Origin: Ginglymostoma cirratum
Lineage: Eukaryota
NCBI GenBank assembly: GCA_024137785.1
Contig: JAHRHZ010000003.1
Coordinates: 9,884,897-9,948,896, forward strand
DNA: 64,000 nucleotides
Direction of reading: 5' to 3'
Shown: positions 50,303 to 64,000 of the stretch, piece after piece
Numbering within the stretch: position 1 is the stretch's first letter
Layout: the number at the start of each line of letters is the position of its first letter
Translations under genes and position numbers: made by a program
The notes under the pieces: generated by a model
What the model was told of the DNA's origin: nothing
Databases searched by the model: none
Seen by the model: the letters and a program-made list of their open reading frames with translations, nothing else

Positions 50303-50973
50303 GTAGAAGGTTTACATCAGTAATAATCTTAGTAGTGGGTGGATCTGGTGAACTCTGAGCAGGCAGCTGAAAATAATTATCAGGGATTAGACTGAATAAT
50401 CTGCTGACTTGAAGCAATCTTGATTAATTTATAACTGGTGAAATGTTGAAGATTTACCAAACAAAATTAGGACAGTGGTGGGGCTGGGGTTCGGAGGAGA
50501 AACAGAGATAAAATTGACCAGAGGTTGTCAATTTCAGATAGTTCACAGTGGGCTATGATGTGGCTTAGAGCTTGCAAGTGCACGTGTTCCCATGTACCTG
50601 CTGCCTGTGTCTTGCCAAGTGCGAGAGATCTTGGGTTTAGAAACTGCCGTTTTTAAGGAGTGTCGGTGACCGACTGTAATGTGTCTAGCCTTAGTGAGGA
50701 ACATGAAGTAGAGGCTACAGTCAGATCAGCCATACCTTATTGAACAGCACAGCAGGCTCAACAAGCCCATTGACCAAATCCTGCTCTAAATTCCTCTGTT
50801 CATCTGATACCACTGTCTCTGCATTGGAGGTGCACCTTCCAAATCTTGCGGATGTGACGCAAATGATCTAACCATATTTTGTGTTCTGATTTTGAGAGGG
50901 AGGTATGAAAGGCTGGATTAAAAGATGCTCAGTTTAACAAGGAACAAGCACTAAATGATTCTGCTTTTTCTAG

Positions 50974-51085
50974 AACCGAGCAGCCCGCATTCGTGTTGGA
51001 AAGGGCGATAAACCAGTTACCTACGAGGAGGCACATCCCCCTCACTTTATCGCTCACAGAAAAGGGTGGCTGTCCCAACACACCA
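50974..51085 (+). CDS. MRPS24: MRPS24 exon 3: [37 protein letters not shown]
   Basis: ttctag|AAC and A|gtaagt junctions; highly conserved MRPS24 sequence. Confidence 0.97.
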
Positions 51086-51822
51086 GTAAGTGATGCAAAA
51101 CTTAACTTTCTTTTTTTTTTAGAAACAGTGTCGTGTCTTCAGTATGGCTAGTTAAATATAAAATGCCCCCAAGAATTGGGTACAAGGAGTTGTACAGTTC
51201 ATCAAAATGTGGATGTCCAGTGAATCTCCATGAGGCTTTAAACTCCCTGTCTGATTACATATAAATTTGAGGCAGAAGTAGGCCATTTGGCCCCTCCAGC
51301 TTGTTCTGCCCTTGAATGAAACCATGGTTGGTCTGATCGTGTCCTAAATTCCACATTCAATCCTACTCATTACCTTTGATTCCTTTGTTACCAAACTGTT
51401 TCTCTCTGCTGTAACAATTATCAGTGACCCTGCCTTCACCATTCTCTGACTAGAGATTTGCACAGACTCTCAAACTTCAGGCAGAACAAAAATATGTACT
51501 TTAATATTCTATGTTTTGCAGCGAACCACTTTAACACAACAACGTGAGATTTTATTAATATCAATTTAAAATTGAACAAGGTTGAAAGGTTTATACTTAA
51601 ATTTTATGTAATCTGCTTTCGATATTCTGTTTTCAATCTGTGATTCATTACAAAAAAAAAAATCAAAACAACTTTTCACGCAATTGGTTCTTGTCAGACT
51701 TGCCTGAGAGTGGGGCTGTTGAGCATAATTTTGTCATGCTTGTGAGATCTGGCATTAGATTTCTGGTGGTTGAGGACTGCCAATGCAATTAGAAAGATGT
51801 AAATACCTTTCTCTTGATTCAG

Positions 51823-52106
51823 GCAATCTGGATGGTGAGGAAGGAGCTGCAGACCGCACAATTGAGGATGTTTTCATCCGCAAGTTTATTTATGGAACCT
51901 TTCACGGCTGTCTGGCCAATGAGGTGGTTGTGAAGAGAAGAGCAAACATGATTATCATCTGCGCCATCTTCATTCAAAAATTGCCACCTCAAAAGTTCTA
52001 TTTCCTGATTGGCTACACAGAGACTCTCCTCTCAAACTTGTACAAATGTCCTGTCAAAATGGAAGTGCAGACAGTGGATAAGAAGATTGTATATAAATAC
52101 ATCTAA
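51823..52106 (+). CDS. MRPS24: MRPS24 exon 4: [27 protein letters not shown]...VYKYI*
   Basis: ttcag|GC acceptor; the four exons sum to 495 nt = 164 aa + stop. Confidence 0.97.
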
Positions 52107-53399
52107 CTGGAGACACAAAGGAAATAACTGAATAGCACGAGCTTTTGTTATTGACCGAGTATTGTAACCTGGTTTTGTCAATTTGGAAAAAATCTCAGCT
52201 GTACTTGGTATTTTGGGTACCAAATGGAAAGTGCTGCAGTCATTTACACGGTGTGTGGATATTTTTTGGTTGACTTTGCCAGTTTTGTCCCTTTGGCCAC
52301 CTTCTCAGAAATTATACTATGTTGCTGGGTGCAGTTCACATTAGACTCTGTGAACTTTGTCAATGAAATACTAAGGCCACCGATTCCCACGCCATATCTT
52401 GTGACAAAAGGCAAAACAGAACTTAGAGGCCAAATCAGTGAATTGCTACACACTGCCCATCACCTCTGACTGCACTTGCTCATCGGACGCACTCTGTCCT
52501 GAGCCAAATCAGAGAAACTAGCGGTGGACCTATTTAGATGTGCCATCTTCATCCACTCTTAATTTTTCAGAAATAGTCATGTTGACCTCGGAGTCAGGGA
52601 ATTAAATGTTGAGAACAATGTCCAACCATGGCTTGTTGTCATGGAATAATGGTGAATGCCAGGAGCCACAGCCCGTTTGTCTTATTCTGTGGACTGAGGT
52701 GGGACGGTTAACACTGGCAGCATTTTCCATTTGATAGCACCGAAACATCATGACTAGCCCCAGGCCTATAGTCACACCAGTAAAATCATGTACCAGACTG
52801 ATCTGACATTCTTAAAATACCTGCATGGATCTCTTCCTGTGAGTAAACAGCTTACTGTCAGATCTTGATACTGCATTCACATGGCTGTAATCCAGATTTA
52901 ATCATAGTCTGCAAATAGAAGAAAAATGTTACTGAGAACATTTATCAGCCACTATTTTGAAAGGTCAGGCTGATATGCTGCCTGCCTTTGGTGTTCTTCT
53001 TCATTACAAGGGTCAACAGCAAATCTGCATTTTATTTTTGGAATGTTTTGAGATTTTCTTCGCTGAGTCTTCACAAGGCAAGTTGAAAATCTGAAGTTAG
53101 TGTATTTCCAAGGTTAAGCTAACTTACAAACAGACCAACAAGGTTCTGAGGGCACAAATCAGTCTGAGGAACAGTGGACTAACCCCCAGTCATAGATCAG
53201 ACCTGGCAGTCAAATTCCACTTTGTTTCTATTCTTTTACAGTAAATCCTGTGTATCTGCAAAATCAATCACGTATATGCTATTTTTTAAATGAGCTCTGC
53301 ACTTGCAAATTTTATCATTCATGAGGGCTTACCAGGAACAAACCCTCATGGATACGGAGGAATGACTATCCACAGAATGTAGAGTAAATGGCAAGACTC

Positions 53400-55150
53400 A
53401 AGTTCATTTGCATGTTCCTCATCTCCTTCGCTGGTGGTAGCCACTTTCTCGAACAACTGCAGTCTGTCAGGTGGGAGTTCTAGAATTTTAATCTCATAAC
53501 AGGGAAGGAACAGCAATGTTGTTCTGAGTTACTTGGAGGGGAGCTTGCTGGTGGTTGTTTTTCCAAGTGCCACAAAGACAAAGTGCTGTCAAAGTGTTCC
53601 CACAGTAGATCTTGTAAATGGCATACTGCTGTCCTTGTGCATCTGTGATTGAAAGAAGGTCAATGGTAGTGACTGGGTTGTCAATAAGCAGGCTGCCTTG
53701 ACCTGAATGGTGTCAAATTTCTCAATTTTGTTGGATCACACTCATTTAGCAAAGAGCAAATATTCCATCACAGTTCTTATTGTGCTTTGTTGATGGTGGA
53801 CAGACTTTGGAATGTGAGCAAATTCGGCACTTACAACAGAATTCCCAGTGTCAGACTGGCTATTGTAACTACTGTATTTATAAGATGGTGGGGGAATTCA
53901 GTGATAATGGTGCCATTCAATCTCAAGACGACAAGATTCAACTCAATTCTTGTATGGAGACGGTCATTGCCTGGTTCTTGTGTGGAATGCATATAATTAG
54001 CCACATACCAGCCCAAATCTGAATTTTGTCCACGTTGTGCGCAAAGACCGACTCAGCACCTGAGGCGTTACAAATGGAGCTGAACATTGTGAAATCCTCA
54101 AACAACAGCCCCACTTCTTGGGATATTCTCAGAGGGAACTTCATTGATAAAGCAGCAAAGGAAAGACATGACCATGAAGAACAAATAACTAGAACTTTGC
54201 TGCTGCTACGCCTGGTCAGTGATGGATTCTCACCAAGGCACACTCTTGCCTCACCATCAGACTTGAGCTCTTTTATCTTTGACTGGACCAATGCTGAAAT
54301 CCTGGAGTGAATCCAAACTAAACAATGTTAAGCAAACAAAAAAAAAAATCACTTGAGAGTACTTTCAATATTTGGCAATTGTTTGACAATCAATAGGTTA
54401 GAAAATAATTGGTTTTCTTAGAATTTTACTGTTTTTCCAGACAGGATGCACCTTAGTAATTTTTCACATTTGTTACAGCAGTACTGGAACAGCTTGGCTA
54501 GTGAGCACAAGTCTTCAGCATTCTAGCCATAATGTTGTCAGGCCCAAGAACCTTCTCCCTATTCAGTATGATCTGCCATTTTTAATGTCACATGAAGTGA
54601 TTTGAAGTCTGGCTTCTGTGATGGTGGAAACAGCAGGAGCTGGAATTGTATTATCCGTTCAGCCTTCTGGCTCAAGCTAGTTGCAACCTTTATGAGCATT
54701 TACAGTCTCATGCACCAGTCCAATTTTGAGGACGTGAATGCATGCTGTTTAATTGCCTGCATAATACAGGAAATTAAGCAGAACTTCGGAGCTTTGATTT
54801 TGTTTGTTGGCTGTGGGACTGCTTCGGTCTTGTCCATTACATGTTTTTCTCCTGCTGGTGGTGGGGTCAAATGACACCATGGCAATTCGTGGAATTTAAA
54901 ATCCCTTTGTTAATTTGGACTATAAATCTAGTCAGCAATGGTGACCAGGAAACTATACCCGATTGTCTGAAGACCCATCAAGTTCATTAACCTGCCTGAG
55001 GGAACCAAATCTGCTAACCTTATTTTGTCTGACCTACATGTGACTCCAGATCCATAACCATGAGGTCAACACAAGTATCCTCTGAAATGGCCTAGCAATC
55101 TACTCGATGCAAGGATAGTTAGTTAAAGATGGGCATCAAAAACTATAGAG
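53400..55150. mobile_element. Cluster of degraded LINE (minus strand) and SINE/LINE-tail (plus strand, ~54900-55150) fragments
   Basis: Similar to 2115-2600 and to the reverse complement of 33310-34070; only short, non-homologous ORFs. Confidence 0.5.
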
Positions 55151-56004
55151 TCAGCATTCATATTACAGCTGATCACAGAAAAACAGGCTAGTCAGCCCAA
55201 CAGATCAGCTTGAGAGTCTCATCTCTGCCGCATGCCTTGCGCCCAGGTTCACCTTGAATGGAGCTGTACGATTCAACTCAACCACTGTTTCCTGGTTTCT
55301 GGGGCCTGTCAATGTAACAGAAAGCCACATGTATTTCACAGAAAGCAAGCAGCAGCACACACTTGCAAGGTCTGTTTTCTCTGCTGTTCTTCAAAGAACG
55401 ATCCATTTAATTGGACTTGTAAAACGTATCCGTTTCTATTTTGCATTCCGCCTTTGGAATCCATGGTTGGGTCTTAGTCTCTGAGGCTTCAGAAGAAAAG
55501 ATAAACCTGATAGTTGTTCGAACCACTCAGACTTCTTGCCCACAGTAAAGGAGGATAGAAAACAAATGAAAATCAGGGAAAAATCTTTCGAATTCTACTT
55601 TTGCTACTTCATTGCTGGCACTGTGCCCTCTGATTTTACAAGGGCTGAAATGCTTACAGAGGAGTTGCTGAGCCATCATTAACTTTGCTCATCAATGCTC
55701 ATCTCCAGCATAAACCATTGATGCTACATGGAAGGTAACGGTGGGCTCTGTCCTTGAACTACTGCAATCTTTCTGGTGATTGTTTTACCACAGTGGCATT
55801 AAATACAATACCAACCAGTGAAGTCGTTGGAGAGAGTACTGCAAGATATTACATTGTACATTAGATGCAATGAGCACCAACTAGCCTGGTCATCACCTCC
55901 CACCCTTCTTTCTTTATACCACTCTGAGACAGGCCAGCTCAGATTTTTCCAGAATGTTCAATAGGGGGATATAATTCTGGCTGTTTGATGCATCAAAGAA
56001 TACA

Positions 56005-56215
56005 GGAAAGATTAGCAAGTTAGTGGATTGGCCATGGTTTAAAAAAAAACTGCCCCTTCATATCCTGTTTTGTGAAGCCTTGGAGGGTCAGCCATGGCAA
56101 AAACCCTATGCAGGAATAAGGTAGTGGTGGGGGCTTTGGGTGGGATGCTGTTGCGGGGGTCAGTGCAGACTCCATGGGTCAAATTACTTCTATCTGCACA
56201 AAAGGATTCTATGAA
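56005..56215 (+). mobile_element. HE1-like elasmobranch SINE, 3' part
   Basis: gtggattggccatg..aactgcccctt..ggtgggatgct..cagtgcagactccatggg..ggattctatga pattern with a CR1-type tail. Confidence 0.55.
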
Positions 56216-56789
56216 AAATTCCTTAGACCATCGAGCAGTTCTTTAACTAATCTCCTCGCGTTTCCACCTCTCTCCTACCAACTCACTTTACCAACTGGTT
56301 CCGTCCAGTTTTCTTCTGTTTTTCATTGATACCCTCCACTGTCAAGTCCAAACTATGTATCATTATATCTATTTCAATAACATTCATCTTCATTAGTTTT
56401 ATTCCATTGTGCTGTCTGCTGGCATCTTCCATTAACTCCTAGGTGAATTAAGTTCAGCTTGTCACAAACTTGGCAGTGTTCAATTTACACTTACCTGTAT
56501 TGGTTCTCCATCTCCACAATCACCCTCCAGCACATGATTCTGCCCTTAATATTCTTTTCCTCCAGGAACACAATATACTGTGCATCTAACTCTTTCTGCA
56601 GCCATTTCAGTCCTACATTTTCGAGATCGCTCCCAAGATTCCTCCAAATTTAATCCGTGTGTAATGCTAAACCTGTCTGGTTTGGCCTCATTACGAAGTA
56701 CGTTTGGATTTTTGATGAACATAAAAAGCACAGTTTGCTAAACTGAAAATTATGCCTCTATTAAACAAACATAGAAATCAGAACCTCCA

Positions 56790-58221
56790 TTTAAACACTG
56801 AGATTGTTTATTGAAATTAATGTCAAGCAAGTCTGTGTATTTTCCCTTTCAGATCAATGGAATGTCATTACAAATCTCCAGAATGAACCTTTTATGAAAG
56901 CAAACCATGGCAAAATTCCAACTGTAACCTGAAATAAAATTTTCTTTAAGAAAAGGAGCCATCTCAGTGACTGATCATATACAAAAAGAATTCAAACAAT
57001 CCTACATTCAAACACATAGAATACAGTCACAGGCTAGATTACAAGCAGTCCAATTGGTGAGGAAAGGGCAATGTCCATGTACATTCAGTAAAGCTCCAAG
57101 TTTTCGCACACTGTGCAATTACATGTGGAAATTACAAGGTTTAAGAGCAGCAGTCCTCAAACTCTGAACAGCAACACAACATCTTTGCAACAATACACCC
57201 CAAGTGGTTCAATAAGGGAAATTAGTGTTCGTCTGTTCTGTCAGCATTCTGAATCCTGAAGTCCTGTCTTTTTTTTTTATATAAAGCAGGTAGATTTTCT
57301 CAAAAAAAAGAAACATGCTCATTTATAACAAGCTGTACAAATGCCATTTTTTAAATAATTTGGAAATACGAAGAGAATCTGTTTTCGATTGCTATGCAAC
57401 TTCATCCTATTGTACAAGGTATTTGCAAGAAACACCACTACTTGATGAGCTATATTGACTTGTAATTTGTCAACCATTCATGGCGATACAAAAATATACT
57501 GCAGCACCATCTACCTATAAATAAAGTTACAAAAACAAATATAACTGAAATGATACTGAACTTTCAAGTAATAATACCTTAAACACTTGGTGTGAAGCCA
57601 GGTATAAGGAGAGCGACTGTTTCGTACCAGTGATGATTCTTATGAATCATCGCCCTTGAGTTGGATTTTAACGCGTTTTTTTCTCGCAAATACAACTTTA
57701 GCATCCAAAATGCGGAAACTTTTAAGTGCAATATCTTTTCTGAACTTTATAGCTGATGCTTTTAAAAAAGAATCAAAATCCCTGGCTACTTCAGATGTAC
57801 AAAACTGACAGATTATTTGGACCTCAGTGTCACCATCATTCAATCGCCATGTCGAAGTGATTGATTGATTGAAGAATAAAAGTATAATTCTGCCGGGCAA
57901 GTGGCTTTCAGTCATGGCAAGTGGAATTCTGGTGGCACGTGAGTTGAACTTGCTCTACCGTTAGGGCTTCCCTCAGATGCTTCCCCAGAAGTGACTGAAA
58001 TCTGACCTCACTCAAGGCAACTGAATGCTGAAGAGACGGCAAAGGTACATTACAGACAGTCATATGACGGTTAACAATGCATCTTCAAACAAATACTGGA
58101 ATTGAAATCTCACATGCCACGTGAGCTTACAACTCCAAGTCTGCAAATGCCATCTGAGCCAATTGCCTGTAGTCTCTGTTCCTGCGGCGTGCCCAGCCTG
58201 CCTAACCAGATAAACATCCTG
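56790..58221 (-). other. 3' UTR of an unidentified minus-strand gene
   Basis: AATAAA on the minus strand (tttatt 56807-56812); repeat-free, AU-rich sequence with TGTA motifs, downstream of a candidate terminal coding segment. Confidence 0.5.
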
Positions 58222-58276
58222 TCAATGTAACTTTACACTCGATAGTGATTTCCTGGTTTTGTTTTGTACGTGTGAA
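58222..58276 (-). CDS. Candidate terminal coding segment of the unidentified gene: (G)SHVQNKTRKSLSSVKLH*
   Basis: Minus-strand acceptor ttctgat..tattttgttctgaacaacag|T; the phase-2 reading is compatible with the upstream 15-nt microexon. Protein not recognised. Confidence 0.4.
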
Positions 58277-60428
58277 CTGTTGTTCAGAACAAAATAGACG
58301 ATCAGAAAGTGCTTCATTTTATGGCATTTTGTCCATCCACAATACCACCCACCCACCCCACTCCTGAACCCAGTTCTGAGTCTTCAGTTCGATTTCCAAA
58401 AGCTGGCAACTGAGCTTTGGGTCCTCGGAAAGTAACACTTAACTGAACATAACGGTGGACACAAGACATTCACCCCCAGGGTTGGTGAGGACCATACAAA
58501 ATTATCATACAGTCAGTGTCCCTACCAAAAAAATACCTCCATTGGGTCGACTGCAAAGCCTGCTGTGCTGCACTGACTGAAACCAATGACAAGTCAGGCT
58601 GAGTTTATAAGTCTCTTATTGAAAGGACACTCTGGACAGTCAATGTCAATCTGCCCCTTTTATCCATGTCATAACTCGCTTCTCTTGGAAGGACACAATA
58701 CATGCCATCCTTTTCCCAGAATTGCAATGAGTCAAGCACAGGCAAGTCATTATCATCCCTTCTGTTATTAGTTTCTAGAATATTCATCACTTCAGCTTGC
58801 TCAAACCTGACCTGCCCAATCTTAAGAGTACTTCAGTTTCCTATGTGCAACCTCAGAAAGACATCAGATGTCTCAATTCATGATTTCCCTCAATCCCTTC
58901 CAGACTGATTTAATCCTGTCATTTCCTGTCAAACACACACTCACTTTTGAACATGACTCATTATAACATTATGCTTGAAACAAGTATTGAAGTAATAATG
59001 AACTAAAGCAATGCTGTAAATGTAGAACTGTTCCCATTTCAAACATGGGCTGGATTAGTGAAATTACCCCAAGTTGCTGCCTTTTTCTTTTCAGTTTTTA
59101 TTTAAAATATTTCTCCTCATTTCACTCAAATTCTAGGCTCAAATCTTAGTACTATACTTTCAACATTTCAGTTCTTATGTTCTCAATTGAAGCAATTCCA
59201 CCACTCTAACCAAACAAAAACTTGGAAAGGGAATAGGCCAGGACCCAAGGAAGAATAAATGAACTTCCAGGTAAACCATCTCTCTGGAATGGAATATTTT
59301 ATAGATGGAAATCCTGTTCACATTTCAGCTGTTCACATGATTATTATACAATAAAACAGCAACAATTGACAAAACAGCTGCTCTTCATTCAGCACTATAA
59401 TCAAGAACAATGCTGAGATATCCTTCTCCATTTGGTGATGCAAAGCAATGGAAATATAACTAACAGAATGGGGAAGGGTCCTGGTAATATTCAAATCAGA
59501 AAAACAAAAACAAAAGAATGGCTTCTATTATCCTTCTCAGCTGCAACTAAGGTTTTAATGTAACTACTTCAACTGGTCCAGACCCCTCCATTAGATTCAT
59601 CTCATCCTTTCAGTTTGTATCTCACTAAGTAATGACCATACAACAATAGTGTTCACAGCACAAATTTCCAACCAGAGGGAATTTTTCAATGATGCTCAAA
59701 ACACAACGTGTACTCAACATTTTCTGCCTTTTTAGACACTGCTTCTTTTTGGGTCTCTTGTTTTCACAACTATTTTGTTTGCAAAATATGCTGTTGAGTC
59801 ATGGAACAGCTTATGGACTCAATCATTGTGAGCAATCTCACAGGAATGAAGAAGTACTATGAAGTTGAAAAACTCCCTACCTTGAGAAAAATCATCCTGG
59901 GACTTCCTTGCACTCTTTGCTTCTTACTAGCATCTGATGACACATTTACACGGAGTATCCCTGATTTCTATTTCATTAACAGGCAAGGCTATTTCCTATC
60001 TCTTCCAAAGGACCCATCTGCAGAAATACTTCACTGTAAAATACAATCAGAAAACTTCCTAGGTTGCATATTCTAGATTCATCACTGTAATATTTTGTGC
60101 AATGGTTCCTCATTCTTTCATTCTAAATGCTTGCCATAAGCCACACTCAAGCTTGTCCAATACATGTTTGATGTATTTAAATTTATTAAGAACACATTCT
60201 GAAAAGTGTCAGTTTGGCAGCACACCCGATGATGCTACGCATTCTCAATCAGAACAGAAAGCTTCATCAAGCTTGAAAATACTCCTTTTTCCTCTCTACT
60301 CCCTCGCCTTCCCTGTATTGGGTAACAACTTGGCAGTTTACAAATGAAGACATCCAGGAGACAGGAATCAGCGTCTGAGTTTCTACATTGGTTTTTGTTT
60401 ACATCTTAGTGAGAGATAAATCTCTTAC

Positions 60429-60443
60429 CCACTCAATGAGTCA
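60429..60443 (-). CDS. Candidate 15-nt microexon (xT GAC TCA TTG AGT GG = DSLSG)
   Basis: Consensus branch point TGCTAAC, T-rich tract, tag| acceptor, GG|gtaaga donor; only the phase-2 frame is stop-free. Confidence 0.5.
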
Positions 60444-62699
60444 CTATGTACCAAACCAAAAAGAAGTTAGCATCACAGGACATCCAACCTAACCACTGAC
60501 GTCACAAATGACAACACAACTGAATGTTAAGTCAGGGTGGGTGGGGCAAAGGATTAACCTAACTCATTGGATACGAGCATGTGAGCTGGTGATTAAGGGT
60601 TGAAGCCCAATTTTCAAATGATTGTTGGCAGAAAATCAAGTGACCTTTAGCATATCCTTCTCTGGTCTGCAAAATATTTCACCTTAACACTTGCTGCTCA
60701 ATCGACTGCTGAGCGGAGTAGGCACGGCAGGAGTGGGGATACTTGGCTGAAGGGAAGGTGTGTTTCAGCTCACACATGGCATGGCACTGTTCTGCCACCA
60801 GTGAAGTTGGATATCATTGTTTGCAGCTCAGACCACAGCCATGTTCAATCATGAAACCTGGGCTGACATGAAATTATGATACTTTTAAAAAGTGGTTTCA
60901 GATGTATCTGCACAATTGCTGAAACAGTACTTTGTAAGAGCAGAGATGGGTGCCCTTGTATGGTTTTTAAACAAATAATAAATCAGTTTAGAAATGATAC
61001 CTCAAACTGCAGATCAAAGACAAAGAGATGAGAATCACTATGGAACACGAGTTGTCTTGCTGAAATACTGGCACATTGCACAACCACATGAATCATGTAG
61101 TGTATTTAATGTTATAATTGCACAATAAAACCAAAATGAGGTGCAGATAATGCATTCTAATCACCCGTTCACTATCCAAAGCTCTGACCATGTGGGAAAT
61201 GGGTCAAGTTGTCCAATTATGAAACAAAAAGTAAAACAAAACATCCTCAGTCTCTGTGGAGCACTGGTCAATGGGGCTATGGTGACTCTGCTTTTACAGG
61301 TCTGAGGAAATCCATTCCTCTTTCCAGGACTCCACCTTTAAGGAAGGCCACCCTAGAAGACACACAGCTATATTTTCTTAATTCTTCCCATAGACGTGGC
61401 TAGGTGATAGATTATTCACACTCTCCTCAATAAGACCAAAATGTCTGGCCAGAGTGCTAAGTGATTTATCAAACATGGCAAAGTGAGAGCAGTGTCCACA
61501 TGGAACCCATTAAAACAACTTCCTGAGGACAAGACATGTTCACGTGTTCTTTCTAATGGTGTTGACCTAAAAGCGAACATCTGAAAGCCTTCCAACTGTT
61601 CTCAGGTACTGCCCCAGACTGAGCAGAAGAGATAGAGAGCTGAAAGACCAAATTGACATAGTTTCCTGTGAAATTCTGCTGTGAGAGCAGAAACAAACAA
61701 TGGAAGGAGAAATGCAAAGTTGTGAAATCTGGAAGAGCCTAATACATCACAAGAATAAAAACTGGCTCAGGATAAAAAAAAAAAGGCAATAACTGAGAGA
61801 AAATCATTTGAATAACCAGCTTCTGACAGTTCCTTCCATCAAACTGTTTATGTCAAGTGGAAATCTCCCATTGTTCATCATGAAAACCCTACTGAAATTG
61901 TAACTGAGACAGAGACAAACCACCATCTCTAAAAGCAAGATGGGCCACCTAGCAGAACAGACTATGGCCATTTTATCAATATGGCAGTCCCCACTTGGAA
62001 TTGGGGACAACAGTGCACTGAAATTGAGGGTTCCTTGCAAGTATGATGGAAGAGGCGGCTAGGATACTTCACCATTTTGGGAAGGGGAGCCAGAGCAAGA
62101 TACCTCCTTTTCCTTTCTCTATCTCCTGTCAGCTACAACATTGGTATTATCCACTCATGTTCGTGCACAAAGCCAACACTGAAGTTGGGAGATGGAAATC
62201 AAATATTTTGGCTGGAAGATGCACAAGTAGAATTGCCTGTCTGTCCTGTAGGTTCAATATCCTGTCCACATTGGCCAACAGACTATCACAATGAAGTTTG
62301 TGTATCTAACTTCCATTTTGCTCATTTTCAAGGCAACACTACAGCTCACAATTAAGGAGGAAGTCTCCTCTTGTAGGCAGTAGCCAATGCTCACAGCTCA
62401 GCAATGCTCCATTCGCCAATGGAGACAAACCTCAAGTGGGAAAGCAAAGGAAAGTTAAAGATAAAATCCAGTCCATGCAACGGAGGAAACTTGGCAGTTT
62501 TACCGAGACAGTTTTTCAACAGATACCCTGAATTTGCAACACATAGACAGGTCATGGATGAGGAGGTTTCTCTGCCATTAAATACAATGTGTCAATAACG
62601 CTGAAAAACAAATATCACAAGTTTATTCTACCCAAGTTCTAGTATCAGAACGTGATAATTAAGATTATTTAAACATACAGACATATTTTAATATTTATT

Positions 62700-63050
62700 A
62701 TATACAAGAGTACTATAGCATAGAATCATAGGTTCACAGGGAAGGCTATGATAAATCTGGAGGGGTTTTTATGAACTAAATAGCAAGAAACCTCTTGCAT
62801 CAGTTTCAGGGTGGAGGGGTGAACAGGCATCAGTAATCCCAGGACACAGTTAATATAATTTGTAAAGAAAACCAGACGGAAGATGGGGAGAACTCATGTG
62901 TACAATGAGTTATGCTCAGACACAGACTGCCTGAAATGATGGCGAAGGCCAATTTCACAGGGAGAAAATCTTGGTGGCTCTTATAGAGCTGGCATGCTTG
63001 TGATGGGCAGAACAGTTTCCTTCTGAGCTGTGTATAATTCTATGGTTCTA
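62700..63050 (+). mobile_element. Degraded CR1 3' tail
   Basis: gatgggcagaacagtttccttctgagctg..ttctatggttcta, a typical CR1 3' end. Confidence 0.55.
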
Positions 63051-64000
63051 GGAGTACTTTCACTCAGAAAGAGCTTTTTAGTTTGTCCATAAAACACTCT
63101 GTTAAGAGCAAAGATGACACTTATAAGTTTCAGTTTTTTTAAAAAAAACATGTTTTTTCGGTCATAATTTTTGCTTTTTACATATAAATGTATAAAAATA
63201 ATAAAATCACATCATCGTAGCCATAATGGTAGTGCTGATAATGGAAAATCTCAACTCCAAAAAGACAGAACTCAAATTATAATACTCACTTATACATATG
63301 GGAAAAAAATAGCACTGTAAATACTAATAAAAATTAGAAGTAAATTGCGGGAGCTAGGTTCCACACTTCCATGTTAGACAATGTCTTAAGCCACAAGGGA
63401 CAAAGCTCGGGTTAATGTGCATTATCTGAGCCTCAAATAAAACACAACACTACCAGCAACTGTTAGACTTCAAATCTACATTCGATACTGGAGCTCAAAC
63501 CCCTTCGTGTTCTCTTCCTTGCCCTGTCAAATGTTGGGGCTCAATAAGTGTTGATTTGGCAGTTTTATGACTGCTTCTAACATGGGTTTTATTTTAACAT
63601 TCCCGGTTCTGAGTAGATCCAGGTGGCCCCCTGCAAGACTGTTCAACATTAACAAAGTGCTGTAAATAATCCACTTTCCACCCTAGAAGGGTGTTGGGGA
63701 GGGGAGGGTATGCCCAGGGAGTGATTGCTGGGTGTTGAATTTTTCATTTGGATTACCCAATGGAATCGTCCATTGACTGTTTTTTTCCCATCACCCACCA
63801 AACCCGCAAATGATCAGTTATCATTTGAACATGATTGAAACAAACCGCACTGTCCTTCGATTTTGATTTTTAGTGGACAAAAGGGCATGTTTTCCTTCTG
63901 ACAATAACTGGATACAAATACCACTAAACACTAACTATTTAGAGAAACACAAAAAAGTGAGTGCCATTTCCTGTATTTTCGATAATTCTTGAAGAACAGT

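Noticed and set aside
57640-57915. 91-aa minus-strand ORF
   Set aside because: Lies within the inferred 3' UTR, with no splice context or recognisable homology.
58127-58201. Alternative terminal exon AGWARRRNRDYRQLAQMAFADLEL*
   Set aside because: Protein-like, but the acceptor is weak and phase 0 does not fit the phase-2 microexon; not fully excluded.

Overview
Vertebrate genomic DNA, most likely an elasmobranch (shark), judged from its CR1, Penelope-like, Deu-domain SINE and HE1-like repeats. There is one 400-N assembly gap. The first ~39 kb is the 3' half of CAMK2B on the + strand: three frame-preserving, proline-rich, betaM-type linker cassette exons (11.3, 19.2 and 20.5 kb), three hub-domain exons and a non-coding last exon. 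An intronless GINS4 retro-pseudogene lies inside one of its introns. A complete 4-exon MRPS24 gene (+, 46585-52106) sits behind a CpG-island promoter that looks bidirectional. The 3' end of an unidentified minus-strand gene, with one or two candidate microexons, occupies ~56.8-61 kb. The most interesting leads are: (i) a CpG-rich intronic candidate first exon that splices in frame onto the CaMKII-beta hub and would give a kinase-less, alphaKAP-like protein; (ii) a diverging family of linker exons that differ in their phospho-motif and carry RBFOX motifs; (iii) intact minimal hammerhead-ribozyme cores in young Penelope-like insertions. All calls were made by eye, without alignments or database searches, and most repeat boundaries are approximate.
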